From IMG/VR virus record IMGVR_UViG_3300030397_000812, positions 286-64,285 of that record: DNA of 64,000 nt. One strand, written 5' to 3'. A program made the translations under genes and the position numbers. Below, piece by piece: positions 24,710 through 33,342 of this stretch (the stretch's first letter is position 1; every line of letters starts with the position of its first letter). The DNA comes from a virus. A model generated the notes under the pieces. It saw only the letters and a program-made list of their open reading frames with translations. It searched no databases and was not told where the DNA came from.

Positions 24710-24971
24710 ATTACAGAGACTCAGGAAGCTAGAAGATGATATCAATAGATTGACCGAGGAGAATTGCGACCTAGGGGAGTTAATAGATAAAAAAGAATCA
24801 TCTATAGGTAGATTAGAGAAAGAAATTGATTCTCTTCAGAAGAGGATAGAGGAACTTGAGAGTCAGCTACCCGAAGAAACCGGGTGGGATTGCGAGAAGA
24901 AGGAATTGTTAATTGAGCACTGGAGCAAGATAACCGTTGAGGATGTTCGGGCTATTACAATTCAGATTTAA
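24702..24971 (+). CDS. Coiled-coil hypothetical protein
   Basis: Heptad L/E pattern; last + strand gene. Confidence 0.65.
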   Translation: MTELQRLRKLEDDINRLTEENCDLGELIDKKESSIGRLEKEIDSLQKRIEELESQLPEETGWDCEKKELLIEHWSKITVEDVRAITIQI

Positions 24972-25132
24972 GATCCACAGGCTTCACACTCTTCCTCGGA
25001 ATTACATATTTGAGCTTCGCCTGTCTCTAGTTTTAGCTTCAGAATCTTATCCCTTATTTCTGACTTCTCGATGAAATCATCACTATTATCGTACTCATTC
25101 TGGAGTTTTTGAATCTCTTCCTTAATCGTCAT
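24968..25132 (-). CDS. Small protein with C-terminal CxxCGS motif (54 aa, not in ORF track)
   Basis: MTIKEEIQKLQ...QICNSEEECEACGS*; starts immediately after upstream TAA. Confidence 0.7.
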   Translation of the reverse strand: MTIKEEIQKLQNEYDNSDDFIEKSEIRDKILKLKLETGEAQICNSEEECEACGS

Positions 25133-25384
25133 TTATCTTTTCTTTTTCCTTCCTCCCTCACCCCTTCTTCCACGATTCTTCGCAACAGAAACAAAGCTCT
25201 TTGTTGCGTGATCATAATCCTTCCCAGACACATTTTTCCCGGATTTCTTAGCCTTCCTGCGAGCTCGATTTGCCTCCACCCTTTTCTTCACTTGACTCGG
25301 TCGAGCATTGATTTTTTTGTCGGTCTTAGCCTTCTTTTTTCTAGCATCAGGGTTGTCCCTATAGTACTTAGTTGACCTTCCCAT
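25133..25384 (-). CDS. Small very basic protein (degenerate HNH-like DYDH motif)
   Basis: K/R-rich; KDYDH...SVAKNRGR. Confidence 0.7.
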   Translation of the reverse strand: MGRSTKYYRDNPDARKKKAKTDKKINARPSQVKKRVEANRARRKAKKSGKNVSGKDYDHATKSFVSVAKNRGRRGEGGRKKKR

Positions 25385-25386
25385 GT

Positions 25387-25476
25387 CTATTTCTTCATGG
25401 ATTTTTTCTTAGCCATGGATGATTTCTTCGATTTCAACTTTCTCTTCGATGGTTTCTTTTTCTTGTAAACTGGCAT
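25387..25476 (-). CDS. Protamine-like 29-aa peptide (not in ORF track)
   Basis: MPVYKKKKPSKRKLKSKKSSMAKKKSMKK*; 15 of 29 residues K/R; 4 nt after TACCTTTG box; 2 nt before next ATG. Confidence 0.7.
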   Translation of the reverse strand: MPVYKKKKPSKRKLKSKKSSMAKKKSMKK

Positions 25477-25480
25477 ACTA

Positions 25481-25488
25481 CAAAGGTA
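25481..25488 (-). promoter_or_regulatory. -7 box TACCTTTG
   Basis: Intergenic, 4 nt upstream of ATG 25476. Confidence 0.65.
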
Positions 25489-25499
25489 GCAAAATTAGA

Positions 25500-25934
25500 C
25501 TAAATCAGTAACGCAAGTATCACCAACGTGATACCGCCAACAGTCCTCTTCTTAACCTCCTTCCCCAGTCTTCTTATCTCCCCGTCCTTTAAATCAAGCT
25601 GTTGATCTTTAAGCCACATTTGCTCAGATGCAAGGTTCAGATCGTGTTCCAGCAGAGATATTTCCCTTAATCTGGATTCTTCGAGTTCGTCAGAAATCTT
25701 AATCCTTTTCCTTAAGGCTCTATTTTCTTTAACTAGACCTCTTCTGTCGATGAGTTTTGCATTTATCTCATGCACATCTGCCATGGAGATAAATACGCCG
25801 GTCTTTCCTCTGATCTCTATTTTCTCAATCTTCGACGATCGTGCTGTCGAAGGTAATTGGTTCTGCGACGAGGTCTGTGAGAAGGAGGACAGCGCTATCA
25901 GCGCTGATAGTACGAACGGAATTAACTTCTTCAT
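25500..25934 (-). CDS. Lysis-cluster envelope protein (spanin-like candidate)
   Basis: Signal peptide ending SFS-Q, coiled-coil, C-terminal hydrophobic segment; no lipobox Cys. Confidence 0.6.
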   Translation of the reverse strand: MKKLIPFVLSALIALSSFSQTSSQNQLPSTARSSKIEKIEIRGKTGVFISMADVHEINAKLIDRRGLVKENRALRKRIKISDELEESRLREISLLEHDLNLASEQMWLKDQQLDLKDGEIRRLGKEVKKRTVGGITLVILALLI

Positions 25935-26193
25935 AACGATTCTTTCTTAACTCAACAATCACGCCGTCTTTAGCGTCTCTTTCACCGACAAGAACGTGAG
26001 AAATATCTCTTTGTTCGGTCAGTAAGTTTTGGATCGAATCCCTTTCCAATTGAACCATTTCAAATTGATTCTGAAGGCTATCATTCTTGGCTTCGTATTC
26101 TCGCCTAGATCTATTGTCCCCAATGTCTGTTCCAACAAAGAATGCGGCAATAACCGCGATGAGAGCTATAAAACTTATAATTTTGTATTTCAT
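25825..26193 (-). CDS. i-spanin-like protein
   Basis: N-terminal TM then coiled-coil; overlaps next gene by 110 nt; in lysis cluster. Confidence 0.6.
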   Translation of the reverse strand: MKYKIISFIALIAVIAAFFVGTDIGDNRSRREYEAKNDSLQNQFEMVQLERDSIQNLLTEQRDISHVLVGERDAKDGVIVELRKNRYEEVNSVRTISADSAVLLLTDLVAEPITFDSTIVED

Positions 26194-26229
26194 GACAGTA
26201 GCAATATAATCAAAATTAGCGTAATGATC

Positions 26230-26526
26230 CTAAGTATGAGTCGGAAAATCAGTATGAACATTCCTGTTTTTAGTGTAATTAAGAACACCCATTAATGCCA
26301 TCCAAATTCCAGCAACTTCCAGGCTAAACTCTTTTCCACCCCACTGGTATTCGATGTAATGAACGAGAAGGGCAAATGGTGCAAACAATTTTCCTATCTC
26401 GTCTGGCTGAGGTATTCCATTTCCACCGCAAGCCGCTTTGTAAATGGCATGCCTATTCCAAATCAGAAAAGTGATCCACGATGCGTGAGCTAGAAAATAC
26501 TCTATCGTAGTTACACTAAAGCTCAT
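26230..26526 (-). CDS. Membrane protein in lysis cluster (holin/antiholin-like)
   Basis: ATGA overlap with amidase stop; 2-3 hydrophobic segments. Confidence 0.55.
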   Translation of the reverse strand: MSFSVTTIEYFLAHASWITFLIWNRHAIYKAACGGNGIPQPDEIGKLFAPFALLVHYIEYQWGGKEFSLEVAGIWMALMGVLNYTKNRNVHTDFPTHT

Positions 26527-27182
26527 GACGTCGGTCCAGAAAGGATTAATGTTTGAAGAATGGTCTTTAATTCCTTTTGAGGGTGACAATCTGATTTATC
26601 ATCCCTGTAAGATGTGTGATTCCATATCCCAGGCGCTCCTTTCAGCGCATCAATACTAACATCCCACATGTCCTCATTGTACGAATTAGTTATTCTATGC
26701 TTTGAGCACAGGTTCAGGAGCAGCCATCTGAGAGACTTCAGTTGCTCATCAGTGTATTTCTCATAAAAGCTGTATCCTCGAAATTTATCCGGATAATGCA
26801 CCACGTTTTCCTTGGGAATTTTGGCGCCATATCTATTTGTGAAATAACCTTCTTTCGACGGTTTGACTGGTCCCCAAGAATCAAGCTCAATGCCAATTGT
26901 TTGCATATTCAATCTGGTATTGATTGACGGCAATCCTTTTTCTTTAAAGAAATCAGAGGTTATGCCCAGGTGATGAGCCCAGTTGTTTACTGGCACCGTC
27001 TTCACAATAGTGCCGTCTCTTTCAATAATAAAGTGAGTAGCTATTCTGCCGGGTTTTTTCCATGTTGCTATATCTCCTTCAATCCCGGGACCCGATACAG
27101 TATGGTGAATGCAGATCGATTTCTTTTCTGTCTTTTGTTGACCCCAGTCAGATGGAGGAAGTAAATGCTCCTTAATCTTCAT
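26523..27182 (-). CDS. Endolysin, N-acetylmuramoyl-L-alanine amidase (Amidase_2)
   Basis: ICIHHT, THFII..DG, WAHH, IGIEL, YTDEQLKSL, NH...KSDCHP. Confidence 0.92.
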   Translation of the reverse strand: MKIKEHLLPPSDWGQQKTEKKSICIHHTVSGPGIEGDIATWKKPGRIATHFIIERDGTIVKTVPVNNWAHHLGITSDFFKEKGLPSINTRLNMQTIGIELDSWGPVKPSKEGYFTNRYGAKIPKENVVHYPDKFRGYSFYEKYTDEQLKSLRWLLLNLCSKHRITNSYNEDMWDVSIDALKGAPGIWNHTSYRDDKSDCHPQKELKTILQTLILSGPTS

Positions 27183-27393
27183 TTTTCTTAATGTACTTTT
27201 CGTGTACCCATTTCGCGGATTCCTTCACAATGTACGCAACCAGGGTAACAACAATAGTGTTTAACGCGACCTTGAAGAGATTTAGATTAGCCGAATTAGC
27301 TTGAGCTAGTATCGATCCAACACCATATAAGGCTCCGGTGAGAAAATCTAATTGATTCCTAATAAAATCAGTCATTTTTTGCTTTCGTTTCAT
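27172..27393 (-). CDS. Putative holin
   Basis: Two hydrophobic segments, basic C-terminus, directly upstream of endolysin; true start probably ATG 27375. Confidence 0.6.
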   Translation of the reverse strand: MKRKQKMTDFIRNQLDFLTGALYGVGSILAQANSANLNLFKVALNTIVVTLVAYIVKESAKWVHEKYIKKNED

Positions 27394-27395
27394 TA

Positions 27396-27403
27396 CAAAT
27401 ATA
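27396..27403 (-). promoter_or_regulatory. -7 box TATATTTG (lysis operon)
   Basis: Intergenic before holin. Confidence 0.65.
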
Positions 27404-27415
27404 GGAATAAATCCT

Positions 27416-30334
27416 CTAATCCTCAGCTAATTCGTTAAGTGTGACTGGTATCTTTTCAGCAAACTCTACTTTTTCAGTGTTTAGTTTCACCTCTTTCTCG
27501 TAAGATTCCATCATGATTTCGACATAATCATCTGTGGCTTTGTTTATCCTCTTCTCTTTATCACCGTCACTTATATTCATCCTGGAAATCTCCGCCACCT
27601 TTCTTTCGTAATCCCTCTCAAAACTTTTTCTCTCAGAAACCAAATTATCAATATCTCTGTCTTTGTAGTAGAAATAATCAATGACTTGATCTTTGTACTT
27701 AGAGTCCTCCCATTCCTGTATTTTGATCACTCGAGACATCAGAGTGGTTGAAATGTCTCTATTTCTCCCATAATAGTCCTGACCGTCTCGATCGTACAGG
27801 TACATGTCGTGTAAAAGACGAATCGGAACGGCATTGCCGATCGAATTCCTCATCGCGTAAATGAACTGGTTCATTCTCGCATCTTTCTCATCTAGCGCAT
27901 TCCCATCCGGGTTGGTTATGGACTTACTCCTGAAGTCTTTATTTCTCCCTAAATCAACAACCCATCCAAGCGTCGGGTCCCCTGATCGTAAGTGAAAACC
28001 ACCATCTTTGAATGTCAAATCAAACGGAAGAAACTTGGTGTTGAAGGTCCCCTCGTCCCTAGCTCCCAAATCGTAAGTGTAATATGGAGTCATGAATTTC
28101 GCCATGTTCACCTCCATATCTCCAACTTTCCACATCAAAGGAATGCCGAACATGTCCGGGGTAAACGGTCTATCGGTCCGAATCAATCTTTCCTCGTCGT
28201 CTTCTCCTGACAAATACGAGGTCAGCCTAGATAGCGCATAAATCGATCCCACATACATAGCTGTGGTGACTGGTTTATCGATCATGGCGTTTGCTGATAT
28301 TCTGAGTAAATCAGCCTGAAACCTAACAAAAGCGTTCCCTATGAATGGTATTTTGGCGCCAAGTGAATATGCCTTGCCGACCGATGAGTAATTCTGCATT
28401 GCCTTAGCAACCTTGTCCGTGGCTTCTTCTTTCGAGAACCCTTGTTCAATGAGTGACTTATACGCGGCAAGCTTAGCTACATCATCTGATCGACCATAGG
28501 ATCTTCTTGCCATCTTTGAGATGGATTCATAGTTGTCCTTAGCGGCTTTCCCTACTCTCAATATTCCTCCCGTGAACGTCTCGTTTTTAGCCTCCTCACT
28601 AATTGGTGAAATCAATTCTGCTCCGGTCTCTTCTTGGTGACCAGTTTTGTCATCAGACTTGCTGGGCGAGAGCTCATGCTCAATATTACTCATCGATAGC
28701 ACTCCGGATCTAAACAAGTGCTCTATATCTTCGGTTATTCCAGATGCGAAGTCCTCCTTGGCGGCAACTCTATTTCTTGCGAAAGATATTCCATCAACCC
28801 CAGCGAGATTTGCAAAATGAAACCCGGATATGATATTTACGAGTCTCGTTGCCGGATTGAAGACTGTCAATCCCTGCTTGGTCATCTGACGAAATATGTT
28901 TCTGTCGTACAGCGAAACGAGAGAATGAAAATCATTCATGTACTTGGATAAGAACTGCTGGTTTTTGAGATCTTCCACGTAAGTATTCAGCACATACTTT
29001 CCTTCGAGCTGACCGAATCTCTTTCCTTTCGAATCAACGGTTAGTTTAGTGTATTTCGATTTCTCTGTTTTTTCAAGGTTTTCAAACTCCTCTGCGGTTA
29101 ATGAGTTTTCCGGATCAGCCGCAATTGCATTGATGTAATCAGCTACCGCGACGTTCTGCATTGTCTGACCAAATCTTTTCATCGTAAGAAATAATGGATC
29201 CCTGACGGATTGCATTTGATCGCTGAGTTCCTTCCTGGCTTTATAAATATTTGTGTCTATCGCCCCCGACTTAAAATCACTCTCCACTTCAGCCATCTCT
29301 ATCTCCTCATACATCCTAGCAATGTAATTCCCCTTGAACCTATTGTAAGTCTCCTCGTCTATGAGACCCTTGGAATAGTTTGTTTCATGGATGTAATTAT
29401 TTATGGACCTGAGGTAATCGTGCATTTCCCGCTCAGCCTCCGATAAATCTTCATATTTTGCAAGTTCTGGAGCTGGACCTACAACATTCTGAGATGCTTC
29501 TGGGTCCATTACCTGATGTATCCGCTCCATGGAGTCGTAATTGTATGCAGGATGTGATTTTAGACCAATAACCAATCTGCCGGTCATCTCTTTGCCCATC
29601 TCCTTCTCACCAGTGAACCCTCTCTTGGTTTTTTGCTGGCTATCTGAAAGGTTTACGTTCGGAAGGAAAGAATCGATCGCGTCTCGAATCATTCCATTCG
29701 CGGTGACTTGACTTTTTATTTCCTTTCCAGAAAATTTCTCAATAGATTTGAGCGCTGAATTCTCTGCTTTGGCTGTCCCTCGACCAGCCCAGTCTCCTGC
29801 TGATTTAGCTCCTTTTACAATACCCTTGGTAACTACACTGGCTGGCTTGTCCAGATAATCATTAATAAATTTCCTAGTGGATCCAGTAATCTTGCTGGTG
29901 GCTCGAGAAACCTCATTATCAAATAATATTTTCTCTGTTCTAGTGGCACCCTTTCCAATTGCGCGTACCCCTGATTCAACTAAATTCTTATACTCCTCAG
30001 ATTTTCCTGAAGTTATTTCTGAGAATAATTCCTTGAATTCTGAATCAATTTCATCTTGAGATTTAGGCTCTATATTTTCTGTTGGAATTTTACGATCTGG
30101 AATTGTGTAAGAGTCGTCAAATTGCTGCTTACCCTCTCCAACAGCCTCTTTGATAAAATTCAATCCATCATTCACGGTAAGGGCGTAATCTCTTATAGCC
30201 AGTCTTTCAGCTATTTCTGGATCTTTGTCTTTATAATTCTCCTTAAAACCCTTTATCATTTTCATCTCGTTTTCAGAGAATGATGGAAGATTTGGATTAT
30301 CATTTACTTTTCTTATGCAGTCGGATAGAGCCAT
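27416..30334 (-). CDS. Large ejection (cargo) protein, LPD38-like C-terminal region
   Basis: 972 aa, helical; FNPATRLVNI, PFIGNAFVRFQ, PTLGWVVDLGRNKDFRSKSI motifs typical of podovirus ejection proteins. Confidence 0.65.
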   Translation of the reverse strand: MALSDCIRKVNDNPNLPSFSENEMKMIKGFKENYKDKDPEIAERLAIRDYALTVNDGLNFIKEAVGEGKQQFDDSYTIPDRKIPTENIEPKSQDEIDSEFKELFSEITSGKSEEYKNLVESGVRAIGKGATRTEKILFDNEVSRATSKITGSTRKFINDYLDKPASVVTKGIVKGAKSAGDWAGRGTAKAENSALKSIEKFSGKEIKSQVTANGMIRDAIDSFLPNVNLSDSQQKTKRGFTGEKEMGKEMTGRLVIGLKSHPAYNYDSMERIHQVMDPEASQNVVGPAPELAKYEDLSEAEREMHDYLRSINNYIHETNYSKGLIDEETYNRFKGNYIARMYEEIEMAEVESDFKSGAIDTNIYKARKELSDQMQSVRDPLFLTMKRFGQTMQNVAVADYINAIAADPENSLTAEEFENLEKTEKSKYTKLTVDSKGKRFGQLEGKYVLNTYVEDLKNQQFLSKYMNDFHSLVSLYDRNIFRQMTKQGLTVFNPATRLVNIISGFHFANLAGVDGISFARNRVAAKEDFASGITEDIEHLFRSGVLSMSNIEHELSPSKSDDKTGHQEETGAELISPISEEAKNETFTGGILRVGKAAKDNYESISKMARRSYGRSDDVAKLAAYKSLIEQGFSKEEATDKVAKAMQNYSSVGKAYSLGAKIPFIGNAFVRFQADLLRISANAMIDKPVTTAMYVGSIYALSRLTSYLSGEDDEERLIRTDRPFTPDMFGIPLMWKVGDMEVNMAKFMTPYYTYDLGARDEGTFNTKFLPFDLTFKDGGFHLRSGDPTLGWVVDLGRNKDFRSKSITNPDGNALDEKDARMNQFIYAMRNSIGNAVPIRLLHDMYLYDRDGQDYYGRNRDISTTLMSRVIKIQEWEDSKYKDQVIDYFYYKDRDIDNLVSERKSFERDYERKVAEISRMNISDGDKEKRINKATDDYVEIMMESYEKEVKLNTEKVEFAEKIPVTLNELAED

Positions 30335-30338
30335 TGCG

Positions 30339-30836
30339 CTAAATTAATGAAATATCAACATCTAGAAGGGTTCCATCGTCAACAACCACCTCAAGAGATA
30401 TGTATCCAACCGGAAATGTGTAAACAGGAACTCCTAAAACTATGTCTACATCGACTGCGCATGGATGGAATGGTATAGCCCACCTACCGTCATTTGTTTC
30501 TACGGGATCTGAATATCTTTCTCCAGCTTTAGAAAGTGATTGATCCAACGTCAAACAGCCTTTCTTAAAGTTGTAAACAATATTATATCCCTGATCAAAC
30601 ACTTCCTCTGAATCTATGCAGTCAGAAAATGTCTTGGTATATTTAGCTGGATCCCCAGGAGCAAAGGAAGCCTTCATTATTTGCCGTATGTACTCTTCCG
30701 TAACTTCAACCCCATCTTGATCCATCGTACCAATAAATTGGTCCCCCCGAGACTGACATCCATCCGGATGCCACCAAGCCCAAATATCTCTATTGAAATC
30801 ATCTATATCTTGCTGTGTGCCCACGAAATATTCCAT
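30339..30836 (-). CDS. Hypothetical protein
   Basis: Coupled to LamG gene. Confidence 0.65.
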   Translation of the reverse strand: MEYFVGTQQDIDDFNRDIWAWWHPDGCQSRGDQFIGTMDQDGVEVTEEYIRQIMKASFAPGDPAKYTKTFSDCIDSEEVFDQGYNIVYNFKKGCLTLDQSLSKAGERYSDPVETNDGRWAIPFHPCAVDVDIVLGVPVYTFPVGYISLEVVVDDGTLLDVDISLI

Positions 30837-32953
30837 TACAAACTGTATTTTGAAGTTAGGTAATTAAATACTGTATTTCTATCCTCAAGTGATAGCTCTC
30901 TATCATAAATAATAACATCTCCTATGTAGCCATTGAAATGAGAATTTTCCGTAACACCAGACTTAAATGCTCCTATCGATAAATCGGTTACCCCTGAATT
31001 TGAGAAGAGACCAGATTCCTCAGCCTCATTATCCAGAAAACTCCTTAACGTCCCTGATTCACCAGTTATGCAAGCGATCTGTAAATCACTGGTATTTATA
31101 GTTTTTGTCTCTATATTACCGGAGTCTGTTGCGCCCCCAGCTCTTGCATATGCTGTCGAGCTGTCGGATCCAAGGTAAATCCTCGTGGGAGTTCCTCCGG
31201 CTGAAGAATAGGCAGACAAAGCAAATTGCAGCCCAACTAGATCTTTATTTTGAATAACGCAAAATATTGAGAACTGACTTTCGTCTATTGCACTAACTGG
31301 TATATCTACAATACCGGATGTCCCATTAAAATCCAACATCCTAACACCTGAAATCTCTTTTATTGATGGTTGCTTAGATGCAGTTACCTGGGTTCCATGA
31401 TCGGAATTGCCACTTAAATCATCCACTTGGTTTACTGAGTGGAATGAAGTTAGATCTCCAGAAACACCCGAAGATCCTAGATTAGATAACTTAGGTGAAT
31501 ATGGAACCTCGTTGAACTTAAAATAATGGACGATATTATCTACGATTCCAGAAGGATCCGCTCCCACACCTCCATTGAATATTGATGAAAATTCAGCCGG
31601 AGAAACTATATCATCGGTAATTACCAAATCATCCATTTCGCCATCAAAAAATTGAATAGATGAACTGCTTGCCCTGCCTATCAACAAATCAGTTACCGCC
31701 CCCGGGTCAATTGTTTCTGTGATCACATTGCTGTCTGCCACTCCGTCTACATAATAAATGAGCTCATTTGTTGTAGAATCAAAGGTCATACCCACTAATT
31801 GCCACTGGTCAAGGGATACGGCAGTGTTTGAGTCGTTTAATTGTCCTTGATTGTTAATCTGGTAGTTAAGTTTATTCCCATTAAATAAAAGTGATATTTC
31901 ATTAGTTGGAGCAAATGAACACACTCTAGTGAACCCGGATAAGGAGCTTGGATTTACCCAGCAAAATATACTAACCTGAGAATATGTTTTGCTCGCGGCT
32001 TCTACCTCAACGTCATTATCCACTCCATTGAAGTCAAGTGTATTTTCCCCCAATCCTGAAGCGCCCTGGGTTGCGTCATTCACAGTTCCGTCGAAACTAC
32101 TATGGGAGTCAATGGCGTTTCCGCTTGTTTCATCTAATTCCCAACTAGCCACTAATCCGGATTTTATTTCGTTTGATAATTGAGAGTATAGCAGTCCTGA
32201 GTAATTATTGTGTAGATCTAATACATCCTGCTGGTTCCTAGCCTCTTCCCACACCCTAATCCTTCCTAGTGCCCCATCTAAGTCGAATGATCCGGAAGTG
32301 TTGGCAGCGCCTATTATTGTGTCGTTGTTAGACCCATAATTGAGTGATGTTATACTTCTGGGTGTGCTTGCAACCAAATCACTATCCAGATACAATTTCT
32401 GATCAGTTCCATCCCAGGTCCCTACCAAATGATGCCAGCCCATAGAAGCCGGAGTTGTTGTGGAATAATTACTAGATCCTTCTCGTAGGAAGAAGGAAAA
32501 ATTCCCCCCAGAAATAGAGAACGTATATCCAAAATTACTCCCATCATCTGACCCTCTGATTATCTGCTGGGTAGTAGAAGTGTCCCTAACAAATACCCAA
32601 GCTTCTACGGTAATGTGATTGTTTGGTTGAAGACCCGATGAAAAGGGAATGAGTACATAGTCTGTTACTCCATCGAAATCATAAGCTAAATCAAGTCCGG
32701 AATCATAAAAACCAGATCTATTGTTGAATGGATTTCGGTTAGCAAATCCAAGGTTTTCCTGAACAGAATTATCCTTGAAATTTCTCTTTGATGGATCCAT
32801 CCATAGCAATAAATTAGCTGAATCTAGTCCGTCTGTTGGAATCCAATTAAGCGCGTTAAGAGCGGGGCTTATTGTGGACAGTTTAGCTTCACTGGAAGTG
32901 AGTGAGCTGAGTAGTAAATCTTGACGATGATTATCTACATTCAAATGAGCCAT
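30836..32953 (-). CDS. LamG/concanavalin A-like multi-domain virion protein
   Basis: Repeated FDG..DYV / TVEAWV / WHHLVGTWDG / WQLVGMTFD motifs. Confidence 0.85.
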   Translation of the reverse strand: MAHLNVDNHRQDLLLSSLTSSEAKLSTISPALNALNWIPTDGLDSANLLLWMDPSKRNFKDNSVQENLGFANRNPFNNRSGFYDSGLDLAYDFDGVTDYVLIPFSSGLQPNNHITVEAWVFVRDTSTTQQIIRGSDDGSNFGYTFSISGGNFSFFLREGSSNYSTTTPASMGWHHLVGTWDGTDQKLYLDSDLVASTPRSITSLNYGSNNDTIIGAANTSGSFDLDGALGRIRVWEEARNQQDVLDLHNNYSGLLYSQLSNEIKSGLVASWELDETSGNAIDSHSSFDGTVNDATQGASGLGENTLDFNGVDNDVEVEAASKTYSQVSIFCWVNPSSLSGFTRVCSFAPTNEISLLFNGNKLNYQINNQGQLNDSNTAVSLDQWQLVGMTFDSTTNELIYYVDGVADSNVITETIDPGAVTDLLIGRASSSSIQFFDGEMDDLVITDDIVSPAEFSSIFNGGVGADPSGIVDNIVHYFKFNEVPYSPKLSNLGSSGVSGDLTSFHSVNQVDDLSGNSDHGTQVTASKQPSIKEISGVRMLDFNGTSGIVDIPVSAIDESQFSIFCVIQNKDLVGLQFALSAYSSAGGTPTRIYLGSDSSTAYARAGGATDSGNIETKTINTSDLQIACITGESGTLRSFLDNEAEESGLFSNSGVTDLSIGAFKSGVTENSHFNGYIGDVIIYDRELSLEDRNTVFNYLTSKYSL

Positions 32954-32955
32954 AA

Positions 32956-33300
32956 TTACTGAGCATCTAGGTCATTAATTATGGTTACATTCACAGATAT
33001 TGTCCCGGTTGTATTTGTCCCAGGAGCCACGGTAACTCTGGTGAATTCACTAACGTATCCATTGGCGGTCACAACATGGTTTCCAGAAGCAGAATCGATC
33101 GGTATATTCTCCTCTCCCTCAATCTTCATTTTCGTCCAATCTGACTGATTGCTAGATGACTCAATGCTAACTGTTGCGTCCGTTGCGTCTGCCCCAGACC
33201 AGATTATTTGCATGTTAAATGATTTCTTTTTGAACCCGGTTAAAGGAAAGTTCTCTTCCTGAGATGAGCTTAAATCTGCGTCTGTAAGTAATGGGTGCAT
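32956..33300 (-). CDS. Small beta-sandwich structural protein
   Basis: MQIIWSG...VSIESSSNQSDW...FTRVTV pattern. Confidence 0.6.
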   Translation of the reverse strand: MHPLLTDADLSSSQEENFPLTGFKKKSFNMQIIWSGADATDATVSIESSSNQSDWTKMKIEGEENIPIDSASGNHVVTANGYVSEFTRVTVAPGTNTTGTISVNVTIINDLDAQ

Positions 33301-33317
33301 ATCAGTGTCTGTCTAGG

Positions 33318-33325
33318 CAAATATA
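33318..33325 (-). promoter_or_regulatory. -7 box TATATTTG
   Basis: Intergenic, 17 nt before ATG 33300. Confidence 0.65.
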
Positions 33326-33342
33326 GATATTTTCGCCGACTA

